DNA of 64,000 nucleotides from Carcharhinus longimanus (GCA_030264375.1 JASCQW010000128.1:7579875-7643874); one strand, 5' to 3'. Shown: positions 24,441 to 37,319, numbered from the stretch's first letter. A program made the numbers and translations. Notes: generated by a model not told the origin, from the letters alone.

Positions 24441-24955
24441 ATAGAACATAGAAAAACTACAGCACAAACAGGCCCTTTGGCTCACAAGTTGCGCCGAACA
24501 TATCCCTACCGACTAGGCTTACCTATAACCCTCTATCTTACTAAGTGCCATGTACTTATCCAAAAGTCTCTTAAAAGACCCTATCGAATCTGCCTCCACC
24601 ACCATTGCCGGCAGCCGATTCCACTCATCCACCACCCTCTGAGTGAAAAACTTACTCCTGACATCTCCTCTGTACCTACTCCCCAGCACCCTAAACCTGT
24701 GTCCTCTTGTGACAGCCATTTCAGCTCTGGGAGAATCCACTTGATCAATACCTCTCAACATCTTATACACTTCTGTCAGGTCCCCTCTTGTCCTTCATCT
24801 CTCTAAGGAGAAAAGACCTAGCTCTCTCAACCTATCCTCATAAGGCATGCTCCCCAATCCATGCAACATCCTTGTAAATCTCCTCTGCACCCTTTCTATG
24901 GCTTCCACGTCCTTCCTGTAATGAGTCAACCAGAACTGAGCACAGTACTCCAAGT
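24441..24955 (-). mobile_element. CR1 LINE 3' end
   Basis: YLEYCAQFWLTHYRKDVEAIERVQRRFTRML..YEDRLRELGLFSLE; KFFTQRVVDEWNRLP; ATAGAACATAGAA tail. Confidence 0.92.
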
Positions 24956-25324
24956 AAACCAGCAAGCAGCTTGAATTTACCACACTGCTTACAGCTCAAT
25001 GAATGGGTACAGGTTATTTGGGCACTGTGATTCCCATACTCATTTTCAGCGCTAACCCACTTCTCCTCTGCTCCCTCACAGGAAAGGGACAGTAACTTAT
25101 TAAAGTGGCGCACTGGGCGGAAGAGTATTGATTTTTGAGATGCATGATTTTCTCTCCAATGCGTTACTTTCCCAATATTTTTTCCACAGAAGGCATCAGA
25201 CATTTTGTTGCACGCTGTAGCAGGTAGAGTTTGGAACCAATGTCATTCCAGTTATATTCTGGTAGACAGCAAAGAATTTGTACCACCTGTAGGATTCATT
25301 TCCACCACTCTCTCCAGGGTAGAA

Positions 25325-25640
25325 TTATAAAATCCCTACAGTGCAGAAGGAGGCCATTGAGCCCACTGAGCCTGCATTGGCAACAATCCCACCCAGGCTC
25401 TATCTCCGCAACGCCACGTATTTACCTGCTAATCCCCCAGATACTAAGGGGCAATTTAGCATGGCCGTTCCACCTAACCCGCACATCTTTAGACTGTGGG
25501 AGGAAATTGGAGCACCCAAAAAAAAACACATGCAGACACAGAGAGAACATGCAAACTCCACACAGAGTCACCCCAAGGCCAGAATTGAACCCGAGTCTCT
25601 GGCCCTGTGATGCAACAGTGCTAACCACTATGCCACCCCC
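25325..25640 (-). mobile_element. HE1 V-SINE
   Basis: Full reverse copy AATCCCTACAGTGCAGAAGGAGGCCATT..GTGCTAACCACTATGCCACC. Confidence 0.9.
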
Positions 25641-26619
25641 ATAAGTTACTGTTTGCTAGTTGTGTGATGCTAAGAAGGCAGTGAGCAAAGGCTTGACTTT
25701 GAGAGAAAGGGAAACAGACAAGTCATTGCTCGTCCAATGGTTATTCTGAGGCTGGTTTTCACTTAGAGGCTTTTGAATGGGTTCTTTTACTACCCAGCTG
25801 AAGATAGAATATAGCACAAGAATGTCAATATGTGAAAATAGAATAAAACACCCCTAATTGGTCTTCCCTCCAGCACATTTTCTTGGGGATTGCTTTATAA
25901 TGTAGATGTAGAGGGAGATAAATTATACTGTGTCTCTGGAACTGAGCACAGGGATTACAATGTACGATTGACCTGCACCTGTTAACTGTAATACTGACAG
26001 CACACTAACTTTGTGCAGCTATATACAATCGCAGTGTCCAGCCAGTGGGAACTGCACTGTTAATTAGCTGGGCTCCAGAGGGCCCGCATTGAGTGCTTAG
26101 CCAATATTGCTTAAAGCTCGCCTGCCTCACTGAAAGAGGAGGTGCAAAGNNNGCTGGGGCAGGCACTGGGGGGCCTTTGTGAGCTGAATCTGACCCAGGA
26201 AGAACTGACTAATAGCTAAAGATGGGATAGAGCAGACTCCAAGCTTATCAGATGCTGCTCTGGAGGTCTCACTGGAAGGGTTGGAAAGGAGAGGAGATGT
26301 CTGTATCCGAAGGGGCTCCGGAGACCCTCCTGACACACTCAACGGCAGCAGAACCAGAGAATCATGCAGATAATGGCTGGAGTCAGACCTGAGTACCTGG
26401 TTACAGGGCTGCAAGAAATTCAGTGATCTTACAAGAGTGATCAAGATTACTGAATGCATCATCAAATGTTGTATCTACAAATGACACAGTAACTTCCGGC
26501 AATGCTCAAATCACCACAGCCGCAGCACTCCTTGTGAACAACGTCTGAGTCAGGACATTCATATACTCTACCATACTCCCACTCAATGTTGCTACAGACC
26601 CATATCCATATCTTTCTAT

Positions 26620-26745
26620 AATCAAGGCAGATTACCGCGGGTGCTGGAATCGGAAACAAAAGGAGAAAATGCTGGAAAATCTCAACGGGTCTGACTGTAT
26701 CTGTGGAGAGAGAATAGAGCCAACGTTGAGTCTGGATGACCCTGA
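26620..26745 (-). mobile_element. Penelope-like family B fragment with partial hammerhead
   Basis: Reverse complement reads AGGGTCATCCAGACTC-AACGTT-GGCTCTATTCTCTCTCCACAGAT..GAGATTTTCCAGCATTTT. Confidence 0.65.
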
Positions 26746-27089
26746 AACATTGGTACATATCTTTCTGCCTGCATGCAGAGCCAAACAGATTGTGTTGCAC
26801 TCACTAACACGCTCTCTGCTCTCTCGCAACCGAAGCTGGCTATATTGGGATGGTCATTGCTGAGGCTGTGACTATCAAAGACATTATCCTCACACCTAAC
26901 CCTTTTTCTCACATCTCACTTCACATTCTCTTCTGATTCACAAGCCTCAGATTGAATGAACATTAACCTCTTCATTTCTGACCCCTCCTTTTATCACAGC
27001 CTTACCCTTGGATTTTGGACATCTCTTGTTTCAGATTCCAGAGGTACAGCCTAGAAAGGCGGTGGAGGCACAACAAGAAGGCAGTGATG

Positions 27090-27402
27090 GGGCAGCACAG
27101 TGGGTTATCACTGCTGCCTCACAGCGCTAGGGACCCAGGTTCGGTTCCCAGCTTGGGTCACTGTCTGTGTGGAGTTTGCACATTCTCCCCATGTCTGCGA
27201 GGGTTTCCTTCGGGTGCTCCGGTTTCCTTCCACATTCCAAAGATGCGCAGGTTAGGTAGGTTAGCCGTGCTAAATTAACCCTAGTGTCAGGGGACTAGCT
27301 AGGGTAAGTGCATGGGGTTGTGGGGAAAGGCCCTGGGTGGGACAGTGGTCGGTGCAGACTTGACGGGCCAAATGGCCCCCTTCACTGGAGGATTCTCTGA
27401 TG
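27090..27402 (+). mobile_element. HE1 V-SINE inserted in the Harbinger remnant
   Basis: Full-length copy; flanking TGATG at 27085-27089 and 27398-27402. Confidence 0.9.
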
Positions 27403-28159
27403 AAAACACAATATTGTTAATTGATTTCACATTCACAGCCAGCAGCTCAGATACTGGTGCTACACATTAGAGGAAAACAGAGATAGGATGGGCACACAGT
27501 GAGACACCAGGATTGGCGCATGGTGAGAGCCCAGGTATGAACGGTCTGCAGTCATGTCAGGGGCAAGGATTGCTCAGGTGCTAGCTTGCTGCAGGGATAG
27601 CACACTGGTCCCATTGCAGGTAACTCAGTTGTGCACTTTGATGGGGCAGCCTATGTAAGAGTGCAAATGGGTATAGGCATTGGGACAGCCTGTGATCAAT
27701 GACGAGGAGCATAGGGAGTCCAGCATTAACATGGCACAGAGCTTTATACAGAACTTGGAGCCTATTCTTTCCAACGTAGAACTGGTGACTAACTCCGTCA
27801 GTGGGCCCAACCATCATTCCAATCACATTTCAACTTCCTTCACAGAACAAGCAACTTCCAGCCTGAAGTCATGCAAAGGCAGCCTAAACGCCTGGAGAAA
27901 CCAGAAGGGCAGTTTGGCTTTCCTCGAATGTATCTGAGCTGCTGGCTGAGTGTGAAATCAATTAACAAAGTTGTGTTTTCATCGTAGAATCTTACAGTGA
28001 AGGGGACCATTCGGCCCATCCAGTCTGCGCTGACCACAGTCCCACCCAGGGCCTTCCTGTTACCTTAGGCAAAAGATAAGGAAAAGAAGCTGCAGAGGCA
28101 GCTGAGTGGCTGTTTTTAAACCTTGGTGACAAACAAACTTCTCAGCTCCTCACACCTGT

Positions 28160-28480
28160 TTCTGGGACATGGGCATCACTGGCTGGCCAGCAATATTTAT
28201 TGCCCATCCCTAGGGGGGCAATTGAGAATCAACTACATCGTTGTGACTCTGGAGTCACATGTAAGCCAGACCAAGAAAGGATGGCAGATTTCTTTCCCTA
28301 AATGATATTAATGAACCAGACGGGCTTTTCCTGACAATCATAGTCAGCAATAGATTCTTAATTCCAGATTTGTTTTACTGAATTCCAATTCCACCATTTA
28401 CCGTGGGCTTTGAACCCAGAACATTAGCCGAGTTTCTGGATTAATAACCTAGCAATAATACCTCTCGGCCACCACCTCCC
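28160..28480 (-). mobile_element. Second tRNA-derived SINE family (CR1-group tail)
   Basis: TTTATTGCCCATCCCT..CTGGAGTCACATGTAAGCCAGACC..GGCAGATTTC..TTTGAACCC; homologous to 39540-39908. Confidence 0.7.
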
Positions 28481-29689
28481 CTTGTTGGAGGTGAGAGTGG
28501 TGGGGACACGAAGAGGAGTTTAAAGAGACAGTTGGTAGTGGAGGAAAAGAGCCATGGGTGCTTTTTTCTCTCCAGAATGATATTAAAATAGAAGATTTAT
28601 GTTTGTACCTGTGATCCCACACTATTGTGAAAATTGTGCTAAAACATTTCTGTAAATTTACTGCTATCTTTCTCATGTTTCTTTTCTGTCCCACTCAAAC
28701 ATGAGAGCTAGGTTTGTAAAAGCAAAGTTGATGATTTAAAATGCTAACAGGAACCCTGTTTTCAAAATGTCCTTTACCGAGATGCAGTGCTTACCTGGTC
28801 ACATTCAGAAGAGGTCAACAAAAGACCTGTGTTGTGTGAAATGGATGCAGATCTTCCACAATAGCATTAATCTGTACCATCCCTCACAAAACAGTGCTTA
28901 ACGCTGACAGTGGACACAAAGCAAAGCAGAATACAATTCCACACTCTACCATTCTCATCCATCATATTAATGAGACTGAAAACAGATCATTTTGCAGAAG
29001 TGTTCCAGCTGTGCGCATTCTACTGCAAAGATATTTTCATTAGCAAGAACACAATTTTAAAAAGACTCAATTAACCCTTAGTGTTGCACAAGATCATTCC
29101 TTAGAAAAGTACAAAATATATGGCTTAATTATTGAGAGAATATGTTAACACTGAATTGTTCCGTGATTCTATTCGTTCTATTATATCCTGTTGAGTCATA
29201 ATTCTGCAAGTGAAAAATACACATGCTTTCATTTTAATGTATACTTTGAAAGCAGTCATATCCCAGTTAGTTTACTGACTAAAAAAAAATCTCAATCGCT
29301 CATTGCATTTCATTTAATGCCATATATCTGCAGCATGCATATATCTACTCAGTATTGCTGTCGCTTGTAAATCATGCTGTCCCATGTACGTACTGAGATT
29401 TATTGATATATTTTAAAACTGTAAGAAAATGTTGTAAAAGATGAAACTTGCAAAGTATCTCCAAAGTAGAATCAGTGAGTAAAGAAATCTGTGCAAATAC
29501 TTGACATGGGTTTTCAGGTCCAGATTATTTGATGTTAAGGTTTTAATGAACCATCCTTTCATGGTCCAGAAGATGGACAACTTTAATTCTAAAATTCTGT
29601 GCAAATAGGTATGGCATATGATAGAGATGTGCCGAATGACTCTGAATAAGACAGCGATTTTTCACTGCTGTAGTATTGCCTGTTAGCCC

Positions 29690-30345
29690 CAACTCAGGTC
29701 ATCTACTGCTGAAATCCTTGCCTTTGTTACCTCTAGACTTGACTACTCAAGTACGTTCCTGGCTGGCGCCCCAGAACCAAGCTTCCGTAAAGTTTAACGT
29801 TTATTTATTAGTGTTGCAAGTAGGCTTACATTAACACTGCAATGAAGTTACTGTAAAATTCCCCTAGTCGCCACACTCCGGTACACTAAGGGCAATTTGG
29901 CATGGCCAGTGCACCTAACCAGCACATATTTGGAGTGTGGGAGGAAACCCACACGGGGAGAATGTCTATGTGAATTCTGCAGTGACCCGAGTTGCAAACA
30001 AACCCAAGCCCCTGGAGTTGAGAGGCAATAGTGCAACAACAATATCTAAAATTCTGCTGCCTGCTTCCGAATTTGTATCGAGTCCCATTCACCCCATCAT
30101 CCCTTGCTTGCTGGCGTGCGCTGGCTGCCAGTTCAGCAGGCTTCAATTTTAAAACTCTCATCCTGGTTTTCAAATCCCTCCGCAACTTTCTTTCCTCCCT
30201 ATCTATCCAATCTCCCTCAGCCCTACAAGCTTCTGAGATATCTGCACTCCTCCACTTCTGAGTAGCCCTGAGTTTTATTGCCCAACTTGGCTACATTTTG
30301 CCTTCAGCTGCCAAGGCCCCAAGGTCTGGAATTCCCTCCTTAACC
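29690..30345 (+). mobile_element. L2 LINE RT C-terminal fragment split by HE1
   Basis: ILAFVTSRLDYSSTFLAG before the SINE; NSAA..HSPIIP..WLPV..FKTLILVFKSL after it. Confidence 0.8.
29790..30040 (-). mobile_element. HE1 V-SINE, alternative tail
   Basis: GTTTATTTATTAGTGTTGCAAGTAGGCTTACATTAACACTGCAATGAAGTTACTG is the reverse complement of the alternative tail. Confidence 0.88.
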
Positions 30346-30359
30346 ATCTCTCATCATTT

Positions 30360-30558
30360 TTTTTTTTTTAATTCATTCGTGGGACATGGACATCACTGGC
30401 TGTCCATTCCAAGTTGCCCTTGGAGGGCAGTTGAGAGTCAACCACATTGTTGTGGCTCTGGAGTCACATGTAGGCCAGACCGGATAAGGACAGACAGTCT
30501 CCTGAGGTCAGGAATTGGTCATAAGGCAGCAATGCTAACCACTGTGCCACCATGCCAC
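30360..30558 (-). mobile_element. SINE fragments (second-family tail plus HE1 head)
   Basis: GCAGTTGAGAGTCAACCACATTG..CTGGAGTCACATGTAGGCCAGAC then GCTAACCACTGTGCCACCATGCC. Confidence 0.65.
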
Positions 30559-31449
30559 CTGTGCCAAATGAGAAACATTCTGGTAGTTCGAAAGTGGAAT
30601 GATTGACAGCAAGAATCTGGTTATTGTACCATATTAAGTGAATTAACTCCTTTCTTATGTTTTTATGATCACAACCTTCAAATACAATAATAAATAGAGA
30701 AGAAAAGTCTGCCAGTGTGAAAGAGGACTGTATGGCATGAATTCAAGTCATAAACCATGACTGCTATATAATTAATAAACAAATAATGGAGAATAAACTT
30801 TGAAAGCCAGTGAAGTTTACCACTTGTCTTATTGCCAGATCTCCCAGATTTTGTTCTTCACCATTATCTTAAACTCCTTTCAACTTAGTCCATGTGCAAC
30901 AAAGTAATGGAGCACTAATAATGGCATAATGCCCAGCTTCATTGCTGTGGCACAAATTCTCACACAAATGTGGCTCAAAAGATGAGGAGTCCAGTAGGCA
31001 AAGATGAGATTCGGAGTTGTTGGTGGCTGCTATTGGGGATCCGAGTGCCCACTGGCAAGGTAAGCATCGAGTGGCAATTAGAGATGGGAGTTTGCAAATG
31101 ACGACAAAATCTATGCACGAGACAAGATGGTTAAGGCGTACGATCAAACCCAACTCAGCTATCACTGTTAGGGTGCAATGTTGTGCGTGTTGTCAGGCCC
31201 AATACAGAGGGGGGATTTTCATGAGGGAAGTGTGGAATTCCTAGCAAATTTACGTGCATTGAGGCAGCCTTAGAAAAAATATTTTAAGGAGTGCCATTCT
31301 TAATGTTCCCAACAGTATGATAGAAAAAGGTTGGAGGTTTCAACGCTGTTTTGCCACCCACTGTTACACTCCACTGAATACAGGTAAAATCCCAAATATC
31401 TGACACATCCCTCAACCTCTTCCAATATGTGAGAGGATGTAACAGACTT

Positions 31450-31560
31450 GCTGCTACATTACAACAGCAAGTACACTTCAGAAATTACTTCATTGGCTGT
31501 GAAGTGCTTTTAGACATTCAATGGTCGTGTAAAGTGTCATATGAATACAAGCCTTTCTTT
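31450..31560 (+). mobile_element. Deu-domain SINE / L2-type 3' tail
   Basis: CTACATTACAACAG..TACACTTCAGAAATTACTTCATTGGCTGTGAAGTGCTTT..TACAAGCCTTTCTTT. Confidence 0.7.
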
Positions 31561-32369
31561 GATTCAATTCCACAAAATGTGCACAGCACAAGTTAGAAGT
31601 TGCTACAGTTCACTTCAACCCATTCACACCACTTTAAAAATATTGGACATTGACATGAATGGGGCTGCAGAGATTCCATTCCTCCTATCAATCTCTTTAA
31701 CTACCCGAACGCCTTTCAGTGAAATTGTCTCCTTGTCTTTTTCTTGCTGGACACAAATCTGCAACACGCGATTGTAGCATTTTGCAAATGGTATGTAAAA
31801 AAAAAAGCAGCCATTATTAATGATCTGGGATTCTATTTATTCCTCACAGCATGCTTACATATTAGAAGTATGCTTTTAACTTTAAAGCAAAACTGCTAAA
31901 GTTATGTGAATTATGTTATATATTTTTATCTCATTAGTATAACTCATTGCTATCAGGCCTAAGGGAAAGATCTGTTATTAAGTGCCAATATTTACACTTT
32001 TAATAAATGTGGGCTCAGGAAAAATGACGGGAGACGAAAATTATTCTCTTTTGACTACTGGAATTTATTGTACGGCTAAATGTATTTCAGCAATTGTAGA
32101 GATTTGTTTTCAGTTCCTATTCACTGAACTGAAATAATAGCTACTGACTATTTCTTTAACCCTTACGAGACAGCAATCAATTATATTTATTCACAGTAGC
32201 CTGCTGTAGTGAAGTTTATTTGGGTTACTTGAGCAAATGTACATATTTCATTGATGTGATTCTGGGAAATCAAGGCATATCAAGAGGGGGTTTTTTTTTT
32301 TGGAAGCTCAGGCTAGTAGGTCTATGGTATCAGAAAATTTGACCCTGTAATTCCTACGGCAACTGTTTG

Positions 32370-32406
32370 CCAAATTTGCCAACTGTTTTCCAGTTGGCAA
32401 ATTTGG
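32370..32406. repeat. Perfect 16-bp inverted repeat with 5-nt loop
   Basis: CCAAATTTGCCAACTG-TTTTC-CAGTTGGCAAATTTGG. Confidence 0.9.
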
Positions 32407-32764
32407 TGGAACCCATAGGGAAACAGCATTTCAGCTAATAGTGGCCGTTATTGGCCATTGATAGTAGAGGCTTAATTTTCGAATCAGAGAACACCCCGAT
32501 AACTTCCAGGTCCTGACCTCACTTCTCAAAGCATCGCTTGGTCAATGCAATCTTAATCAGTAAATGTTCTAAGCAAGATGGAAGCAAGCTTGGTATCCAA
32601 TTAGCGGCACAGAACATTACCAGGAGGTAGAGTGTGAGTGACATCATGCAGCCTGCCACGCTTTATAGAAGAGAACAGGCAGCTATGAAGCTTCACCAAG
32701 CACAAAAGTGGCCTAAGGACAAATGGAAGGTAAAACACACAATCCGGTGCAAGACCCCACCAGC

Positions 32765-33570
32765 TTCTGAAATTTTTAAACTTTATAAAACTTTGGTTCA
32801 ACCGCATTTAGAGCATTGCGTTCAATTCTGGTCTCCACATTACAGGATAGATGTGGAGGTTTTGGAGAGGGTGCAAGAAGAGGTTTACCAGGATGCTGCT
32901 TGGATTAGAGGCTATGAACTATAAGGAGAGGATGGACAAACTGGGATAGTTTTCTCTGGAGCGGCTGAGGAGAGACCTGATAGAAATTTATAAAACAATG
33001 AGAGGCATAGAGAGAATTGACAGAATCATTTTCTCAGTTGAAATATCTAATACAAGGCAGCATGCACTTAAGGTGAGAGGGGGATAGTTCAAAGGAGATG
33101 TGAGGGACATGTTTTTTTACACAGAGTGGTAAGTGTCTGGAACACGCTGTCAGTGGGGTGGTACAGGCAGATACAATAGGGGCATTTAAGGGGTTTTCAG
33201 ATAAGCACATGAATATGCAAGTAATAGAGGGATATAGACCAAAGGCAGGCAGAAGAGATTAGTTTAATTTGATGTCATGTTCAGCACAACATCATAGAAT
33301 CCACAACGCAGAAGGAGGCCATTTGGCCCATCAAATCTGCATGGACAATAGTCTCACCCTGGTCCTATCCCTGTAACCCTACATATTTACCCTCCTAATT
33401 TCCTGACACTAAGGGACAATTTATCATGGCCAATCAACCTAGCGCACATATCTAGTCTGCGGAAGGAAACCGGAGCACCCGGAGGAAACCTACACAGACA
33501 AGGGGAAAAAAATCATCAAAATCATTGGCCGAAGGGCCTGTTCTGGTGCTATACTGCTCTATGTTCCACA
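32765..33570 (+). mobile_element. CR1 LINE 3' end with nested HE1
   Basis: KLYKTLVQPHLEHCVQFWSPHYRIDVEVLERVQ; terminus GGCCGAAGGGCCTGTTCTGGTGCTATACTGCTCTATGTTC resumes after the SINE. Confidence 0.9.
33293..33510 (-). mobile_element. HE1 V-SINE, 5'-truncated
   Basis: CATAGAATCC..GCAGAAGGAGGCCATTTGGCCCATC..GGAAACCGGAGCACCCGGAGGAAACC. Confidence 0.88.
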
Positions 33571-33792
33571 TTTTCTATGTTTTAGAAACAGCTTTGACTT
33601 TTGCCCATTTTGAAACCAACACACTATTTTGATTTGATGATTTCAGTTTTTTTCAAATTGCATTCCCACCTTCCCTGGCCCGTTAACAATCTCCTCAAAG
33701 AGCTTTGTGGACCGTTTTGAAGATGAACGAGCTCCCACTGTCCTTTTGAAAATTGTGTTGTGTTCAGGAGGCAGCAGATCCAGCGCCGCCCT

Positions 33793-33858
33793 CTGGGATT
33801 TCAACATTCAAACCGTGTCCAAACCCTGGGACCTCAAGATTCAAACCATGTCCAAATC
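33793..33858. repeat. Two-copy 33-bp tandem duplication
   Basis: CTGGGATTTCAACATTCAAACCGTGTCCAAACC / CTGGGACCTCAAGATTCAAACCATGTCCAAATC. Confidence 0.8.
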
Positions 33859-34629
33859 CATTCCCCCATCACACTGGCAACTGGATTTCCTGGCCCATAT
33901 CTCCAGGGCTGGGCTCTATCAAACTCCCATCAACTGGTGATTGAAGAACACCCACTGAACTTCAAAGCTTTATTTTCAAAAAAATGAAAGCCTCCAGGAT
34001 GCAATTTCCTAGTATTTCTTTCCAATAATGTGATGTTATTTTTGGAAGCCTATTTTGAACAAACTTGAGCAAAACACCAAGGAGTTATTCTGGTTTGAAG
34101 TTAATGGAAATGAAAATGAAGAGAGATGTATAATGGCTGAATCAATATTGACCATTGAAACTCTGCACGGTTTAGAGTGCATGCTTCATGCAAATGCAAT
34201 TTTCCCGCTCTGTATGGCTGGCATACATTTGTATGGTTCCTCAGTATATCAATCAAATCTTATCTCTCTGAAAATACATTATGAAAGCTGGTTTTAGTGC
34301 TCTTGCCTCACAGTTCATTACTGTAAGGGTTCTGTTAAGCCTTACACAAACAGGTACTCCTCCTGCCTCAGAGCCTACCATTTTGTTAACCTCTACATCA
34401 CAAACAATCCAACCATCAGAAGCCACAATGCCTTTCACCTTGGAGGAATTTTTAAAAAATTTTTTTTAATTCCATCCTTGAAGTTAGAAAGCCAATGCTC
34501 AGAGTGGACCGGGCAAACCCAAATCCATTTCTCGCTTACTCCAAAAACCAAATTCAAAATCCAATTGAATCCAATTCATGGTTCCCACAAGAGAGACAAA
34601 CAAGGTCCAAGCTGACAAGAAAAGGCACT

Positions 34630-35210
34630 GCACTCCATCTTGGGCTTGATCCCTTTTGCCCCAAGAGCTAGATCTAATTTCTTCTTGAAATCGGGTAATG
34701 TTTTGGCCTCAACTGCTTTCTGTGATAGTGAATTTCCTTTTCATCATTAGCAGTGGAAAATCCTGTCTCCTGTCCACTGTCTGTCCAAATTCTCTTGAAA
34801 CTGCTTTGCATCTTTCTCACAACACAAATTCCCATATAGCTTTGTGATATCTACGAACTTGCAAATGTTACATTTGGTCCCCACATTTAATTCATTGATA
34901 CATATTGTGAACAGCTGGAGCTTGAATACTGATCCCCGTGGTATCCCACTAGTCACAGCCTGCCAATGGGAGAATGTGCCATTTATTTCTACTCTCTGTT
35001 TTCTGCCTGTTAGCCAATCCTTAAACCATGCTGGCATTTTACCTCCAATCCCATGTGCTTTTAACTTTTCTCACCAACCTCCTTGACTTTCTCAAAAGCC
35101 TTCTGAAAATCCAAGCATACTACATCAACCGATTTTCCCCTTTATAATTCTGTTAGCAATATCCTCTAAAACAGCTTCATCAAACATGATTTCTCATTCA
35201 TAAATCCTAT
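34630..35210 (-). mobile_element. CR1 LINE reverse transcriptase fragment
   Basis: WFKDWLTGRKQRVEINGTFSHWQAVTSGIPRGSV..LFTICINEL..ICKFVDITKL (decayed FADD motif). Confidence 0.9.
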
Positions 35211-35324
35211 TCAGGCCTATATCCATTGGAAATGAATAAAATAAGAGCTGGTTGTAGGAGATTTGATAGGGTGGATACTAGGAGGATTTTCCCTCTTCTG
35301 GGGGAGACTTAAATGTCACACTTT

Positions 35325-35645
35325 TAAGACAGACGGAAATATTTGTGGAAAAACTGGAGTAAATAACACTCTCTTTTTTTCAGTGGGATTCACATAAGAA
35401 TCTCCCACACTCTGCAATGTAGTGGCCACCAGCATAAATATCATTAAATTTCAGGGGCGGGGCCTATTCCTACCTGGAAGGCTGACAGTTCAGGGTCTCT
35501 GCACATGCGTAGTGGCTCTGAATTTTCAGCCTACAGTTTGCTGGCCAGCTTGATCACAGCCATCCGCAGTGCTGACTCCCTGATTTTCCCCCCCCCCCCA
35601 CAGCCCGATCACAGTCCCCTGTCCATTCACGAGCCAGCCCCAAAT
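35325..35645. mobile_element. Non-autonomous DNA transposon, same family as 12749
   Basis: GAGTAAAT..GTGGG.ATTCAC..AGAATCTCC.ACACT..GGCCACCAGC..GGGCCTATTCCT collinear with 12790-12960; runs into an 835-N gap. Confidence 0.75.
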
Positions 35646-37319
35646 NNNNNNNNNNNNNNNNNNNNNNNNNNNNNNNNNNNNNNNNNNNNNNNNNNNNNNN
35701 NNNNNNNNNNNNNNNNNNNNNNNNNNNNNNNNNNNNNNNNNNNNNNNNNNNNNNNNNNNNNNNNNNNNNNNNNNNNNNNNNNNNNNNNNNNNNNNNNNNN
35801 NNNNNNNNNNNNNNNNNNNNNNNNNNNNNNNNNNNNNNNNNNNNNNNNNNNNNNNNNNNNNNNNNNNNNNNNNNNNNNNNNNNNNNNNNNNNNNNNNNNN
35901 NNNNNNNNNNNNNNNNNNNNNNNNNNNNNNNNNNNNNNNNNNNNNNNNNNNNNNNNNNNNNNNNNNNNNNNNNNNNNNNNNNNNNNNNNNNNNNNNNNNN
36001 NNNNNNNNNNNNNNNNNNNNNNNNNNNNNNNNNNNNNNNNNNNNNNNNNNNNNNNNNNNNNNNNNNNNNNNNNNNNNNNNNNNNNNNNNNNNNNNNNNNN
36101 NNNNNNNNNNNNNNNNNNNNNNNNNNNNNNNNNNNNNNNNNNNNNNNNNNNNNNNNNNNNNNNNNNNNNNNNNNNNNNNNNNNNNNNNNNNNNNNNNNNN
36201 NNNNNNNNNNNNNNNNNNNNNNNNNNNNNNNNNNNNNNNNNNNNNNNNNNNNNNNNNNNNNNNNNNNNNNNNNNNNNNNNNNNNNNNNNNNNNNNNNNNN
36301 NNNNNNNNNNNNNNNNNNNNNNNNNNNNNNNNNNNNNNNNNNNNNNNNNNNNNNNNNNNNNNNNNNNNNNNNNNNNNNNNNNNNNNNNNNNNNNNNNNNN
36401 NNNNNNNNNNNNNNNNNNNNNNNNNNNNNNNNNNNNNNNNNNNNNNNNNNNNNNNNNNNNNNNNNNNNNNNNNNNNNNNNGGACAATGATCGTGTCCATA
36501 CCATGCCGCAAAATGACTGACAATTGACATTTTACTACATCCTTAAAAATAATAATCTATAGCTGGTGACCAATCAATTATAATTTTAGAAGGGAGATAT
36601 CACTTAACAAACTTCACCAATTAAGTGGATATTCAACATGTTTTGAAAAGCGCGTAATTTTGAATTTAAACAGAAGCAGAGTGTATTTCAAATTATAAGT
36701 GTCCTTCAGTCCCAAAGGGTACAATCAACTGTCCACAGAATATTAACTGACTGTTTATGACACATGTGTCATTACTCCCAATTGAAAGGTACCTCGTCTT
36801 TTGTGTTTCATGTAAATTCAGTCTCAGTTCAAAGACAGCATCCCACAGCATGAGCTATGCTAACTCCATTGTGTGCTTGCAATTTAAAATACCTTACAAC
36901 GCAGGCAAGTGACAATCTAACACATTAATGTAACAGTACTGTATACTATTGGAGATTGCTTCCCCAGCGATATTCAAACTTTCAACAACAACACAATATA
37001 CAAGCGTTTGAATTAAATAATGCCTGGCACCATTTTAACACAGTTCAAACTGCTCTTTTTGTTTAGTTTTTTTGTGGCTATTAAAGCAGAAACTGATATT
37101 TGGTGCTGGGGCCACAAATCTCACTGGAATTGCATGAAGTATGTTGTGTAATAATTCAATTTGAATGTGTCAGAAAGACTTTTTTTTAAATTTTCCTTCT
37201 ATATAATAAAGTACAATATTTTGTGTGTTGAATAGTCAAAATATAAATCAATAAATAAAATTAAAAGTAAATAGGAACTGACTGATCAGAGGAATAAGCC
37301 ACATTCTATGTTATTTCAA

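Larger units (their letters stand above)
26000..27960 (+). mobile_element. Decayed Harbinger Myb/SANT partner gene with nested insertions
   Basis: TPSLSDAALEVSLEGLERR..LYPKGLRRPS..W...CKKFSDLTRVIK at 26230-26446; later segment ESSINMAQSFIQNLEPILSNVELVTNS at 27715-27800. Confidence 0.6.

Noticed and set aside
28796-28913. Minus-strand exon candidate with CAG|GTAAG donor
   Set aside because: All three frames contain stops with either plausible acceptor.
30960-31210. CpG-enriched segment with AAG|GTAAGC donor and faint RTE-like peptide
   Set aside because: No polypyrimidine acceptor, and the similarity is too weak to assign.
35505-36530. Long ORFs of 200-340 aa in the ORF track (also 10226-11026 and 43833-44576)
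   Set aside because: They are runs of N translated as X.
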